Shown one piece after another: positions 55,727 through 64,000 of a DNA stretch of 64,000 bases. This DNA is from a virus, in the IMG/VR virus record IMGVR_UViG_3300035670_000025, one strand, 5' to 3'. Positions within the stretch are counted from its first letter, which is position 1. Each line of letters opens with the position of its first letter. Made by a program: the position numbers and the translations under genes. The notes under the pieces were generated by a model that made no database searches, was not told the origin of the DNA, and was given only the letters and a program-made list of their open reading frames with translations.

Positions 55727-56587
55727 ATGTCTCAATGGAAAAACGACGATTCGGCAGCAAACTCTGTTCTATGGGGCGTTGCTCAATATAACAAGACTGC
55801 CAATACTACAAATCAAACAAACTTTTATAACAATACAACATCAGGAGCATTTGTCTCTGGTGTTAGTGTAGGACAATTTGGTGTTGATACAGCAGAAATG
55901 GCAATTTCTGCTGGCAATCTAGCATTTGCATATGTCACATCAGGTGGTTCTGGTTATTCAGCAAATGCTGTTGTTACTTTAACATTTGCCAACGGTTCAA
56001 CAAATGCTACAGCAGTAAATGCTTTTGCTAATGTCAGTGCTGGTGTAGGTGGTTCTATCACATCACTATTAATTGAAGAAGCGGGTAACAATTATACAGT
56101 TGCTCCAGCAGTATCTATTGCTGCACCATCTGCAATCAATATCACTGCAAATACCACTGGATTTTCAAATACAGACAATGTAATTTTAGTTTCTACTGCC
56201 AATTCATTATTCCAGGCAGGAGATAGACTATTCTATACTGTACCCACTGGAAACACTCCTATTGCCCCTCTAACAGGTAATGCATTTTACTATGTATCAT
56301 TTGCTAATACTACTGCACTTGCTTTATCAGCAACATCAGGCGGAGCAAACATTGATATTACAGATGATAGAACAGACGATCCAGGAGAAACACACACATT
56401 TACTGGTGATACTGCTACAGGATATGTTGTTGTAGGTGGTGCAAAGAATACGGGTGTTACTCATGCTGGATGGGTTGTAAGAACAGAAGGAACTGGTGGC
56501 AGAGCAGGAAGAGTTTCTTATGAAACACTTGTTGCTATGGGTTCAATGACATCTGATGCTTCAGATGATACTGTTCTTCCTGAATAA
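55727..56587 (+). CDS. putative virion structural/decoration protein
   Basis: MSQW..D, GGSGYS, HAGWV..GGRAGRV.YETLVAM; N/S/T-rich. Confidence 0.65.
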   Translation: MSQWKNDDSAANSVLWGVAQYNKTANTTNQTNFYNNTTSGAFVSGVSVGQFGVDTAEMAISAGNLAFAYVTSGGSGYSANAVVTLTFANGSTNATAVNAFANVSAGVGGSITSLLIEEAGNNYTVAPAVSIAAPSAINITANTTGFSNTDNVILVSTANSLFQAGDRLFYTVPTGNTPIAPLTGNAFYYVSFANTTALALSATSGGANIDITDDRTDDPGETHTFTGDTATGYVVVGGAKNTGVTHAGWVVRTEGTGGRAGRVSYETLVAMGSMTSDASDDTVLPE

Positions 56588-56606
56588 TTAAAGGTTATAA
56601 TATAAC

Positions 56607-56933
56607 ATGGCAGATAATGCAGTAACAATATCAGATTTACCAACACTTGCAGCACCTAATGCAAACACAGTGTTGGTAGTCAATCATACAGTTGGTAGTG
56701 TAGTTAATACCTACCAACTTTCTACAAATAATTTGTATAGCAATGTTGCTGCTAATGTTACTTTAGTAAACACTGCCGTACTATCAGCAAATACTATTAT
56801 TGTGAGAAATAAACAAACTCCAGCAAACTCAACCATTACAGTTACTAGAGGCACAATTTTATTTGATGATAATTTCATCTATATTGCAATTGCAAACAAT
56901 AGTTTGAAGAGAGTTGCTTTAAGTAGTTTCTAA
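56607..56933 (+). CDS. putative virion structural protein
   Basis: ISDLP N-terminus; GTILFDDNFIYIAIANN.LKRVAL C-terminus. Confidence 0.55.
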   Translation: MADNAVTISDLPTLAAPNANTVLVVNHTVGSVVNTYQLSTNNLYSNVAANVTLVNTAVLSANTIIVRNKQTPANSTITVTRGTILFDDNFIYIAIANNSLKRVALSSF

Positions 56934-57323
56934 ATGGATGAAATACTTACTGAAAATAATTTCATTTTATATTGTGCGAAACATTATGATGGCAGACATT
57001 GTTCTTCTACAGAAGATTTTTATGAAGATTTGAAAAGAATTGCATATATTAAAAAATTAATAACCCGATATACAATATCTGGAGATTTGAAAGAAAGATT
57101 GATATTAAATCACATTATTACATTAAACAATGTTTTTGGTCCTACAGTAACATGTAGGATTTTGTATTTTAAGTTAAAAGATTATATGAAATACATCAAA
57201 CCTTTCTTGATTTTGTTGAACATATTGCCAGAAAAAATTTACAACATTGAAAAAATTAATAGCATAAATACCGATTGTATAGATATGGACCAAAATATAA
57301 TAGAGGCACTACGAAGAATATGA
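56934..57323 (+). CDS. conserved T4-like hypothetical protein
   Basis: NFILYCAKHY..FYEDLKR..YIK.L..RY...LKERLILNH. Confidence 0.7.
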   Translation: MDEILTENNFILYCAKHYDGRHCSSTEDFYEDLKRIAYIKKLITRYTISGDLKERLILNHIITLNNVFGPTVTCRILYFKLKDYMKYIKPFLILLNILPEKIYNIEKINSINTDCIDMDQNIIEALRRI

Positions 57324-57484
57324 AGAAAGTAAATGAAGATCAAGTTCCTGTCAATGCTACAGGAAGTGGTGTTTCTGGTACAGACGGAGATAATTCTTTT
57401 TCTCCAAGATTGTTAGGTGTATTGAAGCGGGTATTGGAGAGAGCAATTCCGGAGAAGAAGAAAAAGAAAAATGGCAGAAAATAA
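57320..57484 (+). CDS. small hypothetical protein
   Basis: MKKVNEDQVPVNATGSG; ATGA coupling. Confidence 0.5.
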   Translation: MKKVNEDQVPVNATGSGVSGTDGDNSFSPRLLGVLKRVLERAIPEKKKKKNGRK

Positions 57485-57923
57485 TATAAACGAACTATAC
57501 AAAGATGTGTATCAATTAAAAGCAGATATGCAACATGTCAATTCATTAATTGACAGATTAGATATCGCAATAAGTCAATTATCTAATGTTTCAAAAAATA
57601 TTTCTGAATTATTGGCAGTTCAAGGAACTCGTCTACAATATCAAGAAAAAATGTCTGAACAGTTATCACAACTTATTCAAAATACAGACAAAGAATCTGA
57701 AAAAAGCAATAATGAAATTGAAAGAAATTTCAATCGTAAAATTGATGACCTAGAATCTGAATTGCTTTCAGAAATCAAATCTTTAAAAGAAGAAAATAAA
57801 AAACAGCACGAAGAAATGAAAACCAAATTAGCACTTGTTGAAAAATGGATATGGGTTGTTACAGGTGGTGCTGCTGTTATTGGATTTCTTATCTCAAAAG
57901 CATCTTCATACATAAAATTCTAA
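57471..57923 (+). CDS. coiled-coil protein with a C-terminal TM helix
   Basis: Heptads followed by VEKWIWVVTGGAAVIGFLI. Confidence 0.6.
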   Translation: MAENNINELYKDVYQLKADMQHVNSLIDRLDIAISQLSNVSKNISELLAVQGTRLQYQEKMSEQLSQLIQNTDKESEKSNNEIERNFNRKIDDLESELLSEIKSLKEENKKQHEEMKTKLALVEKWIWVVTGGAAVIGFLISKASSYIKF

Positions 57924-57940
57924 AATCTTACATTTTTCAC

Positions 57941-57968
57941 TTGACAAGGTTTTTTTTGCCTGTATAAT
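57941..57968 (+). promoter_or_regulatory. sigma70-type promoter for primase
   Basis: TTGACA-16-TATAAT. Confidence 0.8.
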
Positions 57969-58004
57969 GACTATGTCAATGAAATGTAATGTAGGATTTA
58001 TATT

Positions 58005-59048
58005 ATGATGTGGTTAGATAAAAAGTATATTCTATTACTATCAAGTCAATTACCTCACTTTAAACAAAAATCAGAAAACTTGTTTAACTTTCGTTGTATC
58101 TTATGTGGTGATTCAAAAACCAATAAGAACAAAACAAGAGGTTATATCTATTTCAAATCTGGTAAATATGTTTACCATTGTCATAATTGCAATGCTTCAC
58201 ATCATTTTGTGACAATACTAAAGAAAATTAATTCAACCCTGTATGATCAATATCTACAAGAAAAACTATCAAGTTCTAATGAACAACCAACGGTTGAACA
58301 AAAGAAAACTGTAGTAAAAAATTCTAATTCATACTTATCACAACTTAAAAAAGTATCTCAATTAAATGCAGATCACCTATGCAAAAAGTATGTAGTATCT
58401 AGGCAAATTCCCACTACAATCCATTATAAATTATACTACTGTTCCAAGTTCAAGGAATGGACAAATAATATACTCCCAGGAAAATTTAATGATCTGAAGA
58501 TAGATTATCCAAGACTTATTATTCCAATGTTTTGGACTGATGGATCTTTGATAGGATATCAAGGTAGAGCATTACATCCTAATGATTCTATCAGATATAT
58601 TACTATTATGCTTGATGAAACGAAACCTAGAGTATATGGCATAGATACAACCGATTTTAACTATAAGTATTACATATTTGAAGGACCAATAGATTCAATG
58701 TTTATTTCTAATTCTATTGCTACTTGTGGTGGTCAACTTACACGAGAGATGGATTTGTTGAATAAAAATGTCTCAAATGCTGTTGTGGTTTATGATAATG
58801 AACCAAGAAATAAAGACATTGTGAAGAACATATTGACTGCAATTCAAAAGGGATATAAGGTTTGCCTGTGGCCACCATCTATGGAGCAGAAAGATATAAA
58901 TGATATGATATTGAAGAAAGTCTCTGGTACTTATTGTAAGACTGAAGTTATACAAAGAGCAGCAGAAAAAATCAAATCAATCATTGATGATAATACATAT
59001 CAAGGATTGGAAGCAGAACTTAAATTTTCGTCATGGAGAAAAGTATGA
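58005..59048 (+). CDS. gp61: DNA primase gp61
   Basis: FRCILCGDS..CHNC zinc finger, GYQGR, EGPIDSMF, YDNEPRN, KDINDM. Confidence 0.95.
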   Translation: MMWLDKKYILLLSSQLPHFKQKSENLFNFRCILCGDSKTNKNKTRGYIYFKSGKYVYHCHNCNASHHFVTILKKINSTLYDQYLQEKLSSSNEQPTVEQKKTVVKNSNSYLSQLKKVSQLNADHLCKKYVVSRQIPTTIHYKLYYCSKFKEWTNNILPGKFNDLKIDYPRLIIPMFWTDGSLIGYQGRALHPNDSIRYITIMLDETKPRVYGIDTTDFNYKYYIFEGPIDSMFISNSIATCGGQLTREMDLLNKNVSNAVVVYDNEPRNKDIVKNILTAIQKGYKVCLWPPSMEQKDINDMILKKVSGTYCKTEVIQRAAEKIKSIIDDNTYQGLEAELKFSSWRKV

Positions 59049-59103
59049 CATATAAAGTTTAATTTTAATTGGTCTTTAAAATATTCAAATGGAGACTAAT
59101 GTT

Positions 59104-59658
59104 ATGCATTACAGGAAAATATGGGAATCATATCACAACGAATCTATACCAGAAAAATATGAAATACATCATGTTGATGGTAATAGAAATAACAACCACC
59201 CAGATAATCTTTTATGTGTTTCTATCGAAGAACATTTAAAAATACATAAAACACAAGAAGATTGGGGGGCAGTACAAGCAATTCTTGCTAGAATGGAAAA
59301 TAGAGATGGTATAATTGAAGCAGCAAGAAATTTTCAATTGCAAAAATTGCAAGAAAATACTCACAATTTTCAACGCATGAGTAAAAAGAGACGAACTGAA
59401 ATAAGTAAAAAAACTATGAAAAAAAGATTGAAAATAGAAGGGGTTGCTTTTTTAGGTATAGATGATGTTAAATTGAATAGTAAAAAAGCAGGGTTGGTTG
59501 CAGCACAAAAAAAATCAGGATTTTTAAACCCTGATACTGATAAACACGGAAGCAATTATGTTAAAGATACTTTTTGGTGGACGAATGTTGAAACCGGAGT
59601 AAGAATTAGAAGTAAATTTGCTCCAAATGAAAAATGGAAAAAAGGAATGAAGTTATGA
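59104..59658 (+). CDS. HNH homing endonuclease
   Basis: YRKIWE..EIHHVDGNRNNNHPDNLLCV..EEH..IH; start moved to the ATG after GGAG (59091). Confidence 0.85.
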   Translation: MHYRKIWESYHNESIPEKYEIHHVDGNRNNNHPDNLLCVSIEEHLKIHKTQEDWGAVQAILARMENRDGIIEAARNFQLQKLQENTHNFQRMSKKRRTEISKKTMKKRLKIEGVAFLGIDDVKLNSKKAGLVAAQKKSGFLNPDTDKHGSNYVKDTFWWTNVETGVRIRSKFAPNEKWKKGMKL

Positions 59659-60341
59659 CATATGATTGGCAAAAAGTAAAACTCGTAGCAATAACTCAAC
59701 CAGATATTGATAATGAACAAGGAATAAAAATTAATGCAGAAGAATTTATTGCATATTGCGCCAGAGTTTCAAATAAATCAAATCAGATGAATGTTCAAAC
59801 AGCAAACAAATTGTTGAAATATTGCATAACAAATAATCATTGGAGCATTTTTGAAATGGTATCTTTAACCATGGAAATTGAGACTACCCGAGATATTGGT
59901 AGACAGATTCTACGACATCGTTCATTTAGTTTTCAGGAGTTTAGTCAACGATATGCAGAATCTGGTGAAGAATTTCCTGATAAGGATATGAGAGAATGCA
60001 GACTACAAGATATGAAGAATCGTCAGAATTCTCTTGAAACTGATAATGATATGCTGCGGATGAATTGGTTGCTTGCACAAACGAGAGTGCAAGAAATTGC
60101 ATTGCGTGAATATAATTGGGCAATTAAAGCAGGTATTGCTAAAGAGGTAGCAAGATCAATTCTTGCAGAAGGTCTTACTATGTCCAGAATCTATATGAGT
60201 GGGACACTTAGGTCTTGGATTCATTATTGCCAATTGAGAATGGAAAATGGAACACAAAAAGAACATCAGGATATTGCTGACAAGTGTTGGAATATTCTGC
60301 TTGAAAAGTTTAAGTTTCTGAAGGATTTGAAAAATGAATAG
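59655..60341 (+). CDS. thyX: flavin-dependent thymidylate synthase
   Basis: ARVS, HWSIFE, RHRSFSFQEFSQRY, TQKEH. Confidence 0.95.
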   Translation: MTYDWQKVKLVAITQPDIDNEQGIKINAEEFIAYCARVSNKSNQMNVQTANKLLKYCITNNHWSIFEMVSLTMEIETTRDIGRQILRHRSFSFQEFSQRYAESGEEFPDKDMRECRLQDMKNRQNSLETDNDMLRMNWLLAQTRVQEIALREYNWAIKAGIAKEVARSILAEGLTMSRIYMSGTLRSWIHYCQLRMENGTQKEHQDIADKCWNILLEKFKFLKDLKNE

Positions 60342-60852
60342 TATAGAAAGAATGAGAGAAAAAGAAAAACTTCTCACATATGAAGAAGTAAAAGAAATGT
60401 TTGATTACGATTCAGAGAAAGGAATATTGATTTGGAAAACACGCCCGATTAACTCAAAATATCTCATTGGAACTGTTGCTGGTAGTTTACACTCAACAGG
60501 ATATGTAACTATAAGAATAAAAAAAATAGAATATAAATCTCATAGAATTATATGGTTGTTGATGACGGGTAAATGGCCAGAAAACCAAATAGATCACATA
60601 AACGGCATTAGAAATGATAATCGTTTTTGTAATTTGAGAGAAGCAACCGGTTCTCAGAATAATGCCAACACTCCGAGAAGAATCAACGTTTCTGGATATA
60701 AAGGAGTTTCTAAAGAGCGCAAAAAATGGAGAGCAAGAATAAGTTTAAATAATAAACCGATGTCTATAGGATATTATGATACTCCAGAAGAAGCACATGC
60801 GGCATATGTTGCCAAAGCAAAAGAACTATTTGGAGACTACGCAAAAGTTTGA
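60334..60852 (+). CDS. HNH endonuclease with AP2-like domain
   Basis: HRIIW..IDHINGIRNDNRFCNLREAT..N; SGYKGV..KWRARI..GYYDTPEEAHAAY. Confidence 0.9.
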   Translation: MNSIERMREKEKLLTYEEVKEMFDYDSEKGILIWKTRPINSKYLIGTVAGSLHSTGYVTIRIKKIEYKSHRIIWLLMTGKWPENQIDHINGIRNDNRFCNLREATGSQNNANTPRRINVSGYKGVSKERKKWRARISLNNKPMSIGYYDTPEEAHAAYVAKAKELFGDYAKV

Positions 60853-60895
60853 TATTATGAAGGTTTGAACTAACAATAAAACAAAGAGGTAAAAA

Positions 60896-62788
60896 ATGGA
60901 TTTGTACCAGCAGTACATACACAAGAGCAGATACGCAAGATATCTTTCTAATGAAAATCGTAGAGAACATTGGCAAGAAACTGTGTCACGATATGTAGAC
61001 TTTATGCAAGAACATATTAAGACACAATGTAATTATACATTATCAAATTCTCTCAAAATAGAAATTTATGAAGCAATTTTGAACATGGAAGTAATGCCTT
61101 CTATGCGAGCAATGATGACTGCTGGAAAGGCACTAGCAAGAGATAATACTGCTGGATACAATTGCTCATACCTTCCTGTAGATGATCCTAAAGCATTTGA
61201 TGAATGTATGCATATTCTGATGAATGGTACAGGTGTTGGATTTTCTGTAGAAAGACAATATATCAATAAATTGCCAGAAATCCCAGAACAAATGTTTGAT
61301 TCTGATACAACAATTGTTGTTAAAGATTCAAAAGAAGGTTGGGCAAAAGCATTGAGAATGCTTGTAGCACTTCTATATTCTGGAGAAATTCCAAAGTGGG
61401 ATTTGTCAAAGGTTCGTCCAGCAGGAGCACCACTCAAAACATTTGGTGGAAGATCATCTGGTCCAGCACCGATGAATGAACTATTTAAGTTTGTTATTCG
61501 TATCTTTACAAATGCAAGAGGACGAAAACTAACATCACTTGAATGTCATGATATCATGTGTAAGATTGCTGAAGTGGTTGTTGTAGGTGGAGTTCGTCGT
61601 TCTGCAATGATTTCACTATCAAATCTATCAGATGATAGAATGAGAAATGCAAAGTCAGGAGCATGGTGGGAAGCAAATGTTCAACGAGCACTATCGAATA
61701 ATTCTGCTGTCTATACAGAGAAACCCGAAGTCGGAATGTTTCTTGAAGAATGGTTATCACTATATCAGTCGAAAAGCGGAGAACGTGGTATCTTTTCTAG
61801 AGAAGCTTCACAAAAAGTAGCAAAGAAAAATGGTCGTAGAGATGCAAATCAAGAATTTGGAACAAATCCATGTTCAGAAATTATTCTTCGTCCATATCAA
61901 TTTTGCAATCTAACTGAAGTGATTGTTCGTGTTGATGACACTGAAGAATCATTAGCAAGAAAAGTACGTTTAGCAACTATTCTTGGTACGTTCCAATCTA
62001 CTCTTACATATTTTCCATATCTAAGAAAGATTTGGCAAAAGAATACAGAAGAAGAAAGATTGCTTGGTGTTTCACTAACTGGAATTTATGATTCTGCATT
62101 GACAAATAATTATAAAGATCCAGAACTACCACACAGGTTAGAAATGCTAAGACAGATTGCAGTTGATACAAATCAACAGTTTGCAGAAGAATTAGGAGTT
62201 CCTGTTTCTGCTGCTATTACTGCTGTCAAACCTTCTGGCACTGTTTCGCAATTGGTTGATGCTGCTTCTGGTATTCATCCAAGACACGATCCATATTATT
62301 TCAGAAGAGTTCGTTCTGATAATAAAGATCCGTTGACTAAGCATATGATTGATGCTGGAATTCCACATGAACCAGATGTTACTAAACCAGATTCAACAAC
62401 AGTTTTCACATTTCCAAAGAAAGCACCAGATAATGCTACAATGAGAAGTGATGTTTCTGCCATCGATCACCTAGAACTATGGTTGAAGTATCAGCGTCAT
62501 TGGTGTGAACATAAACCTTCTGTAACAATTTCTGTTAAGGAAGAAGAATGGCCAACTGTTGGTGCATGGGTATGGGAACACTTTGATGAAATGTCTGGTG
62601 TATCATTCTTACCGCATGATGGAGGAACATATCGTCAAGCACCATATGAAACTGTTTCAAAGGAACAGTATGAAGAACTATTGTCTATGATGCCAACTAA
62701 CATTGATTGGACACAATTGGTTGAAAAGGAAGACAATGTTGAAGGTGTACAGACATTAGCATGTGTTGCTGGTGGTTGTGAGATTTAA
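60896..62788 (+). CDS. nrdJ: class II (adenosylcobalamin-dependent) ribonucleotide reductase
   Basis: PSMR, YNC, GTGVGF, VVGGVRRSA, TNPCSEI, VKPSGT, C-terminal CVAGGC. Confidence 0.93.
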   Translation: MDLYQQYIHKSRYARYLSNENRREHWQETVSRYVDFMQEHIKTQCNYTLSNSLKIEIYEAILNMEVMPSMRAMMTAGKALARDNTAGYNCSYLPVDDPKAFDECMHILMNGTGVGFSVERQYINKLPEIPEQMFDSDTTIVVKDSKEGWAKALRMLVALLYSGEIPKWDLSKVRPAGAPLKTFGGRSSGPAPMNELFKFVIRIFTNARGRKLTSLECHDIMCKIAEVVVVGGVRRSAMISLSNLSDDRMRNAKSGAWWEANVQRALSNNSAVYTEKPEVGMFLEEWLSLYQSKSGERGIFSREASQKVAKKNGRRDANQEFGTNPCSEIILRPYQFCNLTEVIVRVDDTEESLARKVRLATILGTFQSTLTYFPYLRKIWQKNTEEERLLGVSLTGIYDSALTNNYKDPELPHRLEMLRQIAVDTNQQFAEELGVPVSAAITAVKPSGTVSQLVDAASGIHPRHDPYYFRRVRSDNKDPLTKHMIDAGIPHEPDVTKPDSTTVFTFPKKAPDNATMRSDVSAIDHLELWLKYQRHWCEHKPSVTISVKEEEWPTVGAWVWEHFDEMSGVSFLPHDGGTYRQAPYETVSKEQYEELLSMMPTNIDWTQLVEKEDNVEGVQTLACVAGGCEI

Positions 62789-63420
62789 TGCCATATTTAA
62801 ATCATAACCTGCCGACATTTACTTGTTTCATCAGAAATGAATATTTGTTCAATCACGAAAAAGGACACGGGGAATTTACCCCGTGTGATGTTCATTCTGT
62901 TGCATCTATAGAAAAGAGAGTTCCATTATTTGAGGCATTTTTAGAAAATGGGGTCAATTGGACTCGTAGACCTATAATTGCTTTTTGTTGGAAAAAATCT
63001 GCACCAGTCGTTGCATTGGAAAATGCAATGTATTGGGATTGTTTTTCTCCATATATAGATGTTCAAATTAGATCAAGATTATCAGGACTTAAAGCAGAAC
63101 TTATAACCCCACAAAACACAAAAGAATTTGGTACATATATGTTTACTTTGGATTGGTCTTGGGAAAATAAATCTACATTAGATACTAATTTTTCAGAGAG
63201 TCCTGAACACAAATGTGGACATTTTTTCAAAATGGATAATGGTAATTTTTATTGCTATCCAAATAATAGAATCATTTGGTTTGATGATGCTTGGGTAGAA
63301 AATAGAATAACTCAAAATCCAGGATATATCATAGATCAAACTGTCTATAGTGTTGAAAATAAAAGACAAATTGAAACAAATAACAATTATATATATGGAA
63401 TAAAATCAGATGTTAAATAA
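62788..63420 (+). CDS. conserved hypothetical protein
   Basis: YLNHNLP..RNEYL, WDCFS, YMFTLDW, EHKCGH, PNNRI. Confidence 0.65.
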   Translation: MPYLNHNLPTFTCFIRNEYLFNHEKGHGEFTPCDVHSVASIEKRVPLFEAFLENGVNWTRRPIIAFCWKKSAPVVALENAMYWDCFSPYIDVQIRSRLSGLKAELITPQNTKEFGTYMFTLDWSWENKSTLDTNFSESPEHKCGHFFKMDNGNFYCYPNNRIIWFDDAWVENRITQNPGYIIDQTVYSVENKRQIETNNNYIYGIKSDVK

Positions 63421-63706
63421 AACATTGATTGTTGTTTTTTTATTATATCTGTTTTCTCCAGCATCTTTATTTTTTATATTAAGAGAAAATGTTTTTTCTG
63501 GTATTGAATATCATGATACAGAAATTACGCAATTGGAAGAAATCAAAATAGTTGTTGAAGAAAAATTTATTCCGCAATCATTACTTCGTGGTGAAGATAT
63601 GACAATGTTTTATTTTAGAAATATTAGACCAACTTTGCCAGATTATAATAAAAATTATAGACCTGTTGTTGTTAAACCAAAACAAAAAAGCATACGAACT
63701 AATTAA
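63410..63706 (+). CDS. hypothetical membrane/secreted protein
   Basis: Hydrophobic N-terminus. Confidence 0.5.
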   Translation: MLNKTLIVVFLLYLFSPASLFFILRENVFSGIEYHDTEITQLEEIKIVVEEKFIPQSLLRGEDMTMFYFRNIRPTLPDYNKNYRPVVVKPKQKSIRTN

Positions 63707-63717
63707 GGAGAATTTAA

Positions 63718-63963
63718 ATGGGATGGGCATCTGGATCAAGTTTGTTTTCTGATATCATTGAAGCATTTAATGATTGTGATGTTGATGTTGAAACAAAAAA
63801 AGCATTATATGAAAAGTTGATTCCAATTTTTGAAGATGAAGATTGTGATACATTGCAAGAATGTTTGGGTGAAGATTCTGTTTTCGATCAAGTATATTAT
63901 GCGTTATATCCAAAAGATGAAGATGATGATTTCTTAGATTTTGAAAATGAAGATGGATGCTAA
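63718..63963 (+). CDS. hypothetical acidic protein
   Basis: AAGGAG RBS; MGWASGS..FEDEDCD. Confidence 0.6.
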   Translation: MGWASGSSLFSDIIEAFNDCDVDVETKKALYEKLIPIFEDEDCDTLQECLGEDSVFDQVYYALYPKDEDDDFLDFENEDGC

Positions 63964-64000
63964 TTATGTTAAAAACAAAATATAAGACTTTATTTGTTTC

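Noticed and set aside
5833-61760. Numerous minus-strand and nested ORFs of 60-170 aa in the ORF track
   Set aside because: They are shadows of well-supported + strand genes, with no RBS or motifs
1-64000. tRNA genes or stop-codon reassignment
   Set aside because: No cloverleaf or T-loop motif was seen in the intergenic gaps; core genes are full length in the standard code and TAA, TGA and TAG all serve as stops

Overview
AT-rich fragment of a large T4-like myophage genome, almost all on the + strand. It holds the neck/tail/head module (gp13-gp23, gp3), the recombination/replication module (uvsY, uvsW, gp55, gp47/46, gp45/44/62, regA, gp43, uvsX, gp41, gp61), thyX and a class II RNR. Accessory genes include Rieske and 2OG-Fe(II) oxygenases, Hsp20, peptide deformylase, Dps, RlpA, an SNase and a glycosyltransferase. 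An alphaproteobacterial host is inferred from an RpoH-type promoter, a ROSE-like element and DUF1289. Main highlights: (1) about ten dispersed genes share a T4 capsid-targeting-like N-terminus (M-x-T/S-F-K-Q-F-x-x-E) fused to unrelated effector domains (kinase-like, three ADP-ribosyltransferase-like, HAD, PD-(D/E)xK-like, GH108), suggesting a packaged and injected effector arsenal; (2) free-standing homing endonucleases appear to insert into the 5' end of a gene and supply a replacement N-terminus, leaving an orphan copy upstream (denV-like gene, gp46, possibly thyX); (3) an intein in a probable head polyprotein; (4) a late-transcribed structured ncRNA candidate; (5) a ROSE-like thermometer; (6) an inverted dispersed promoter repeat. 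All calls come from motif reading and synteny; no database searches were run.
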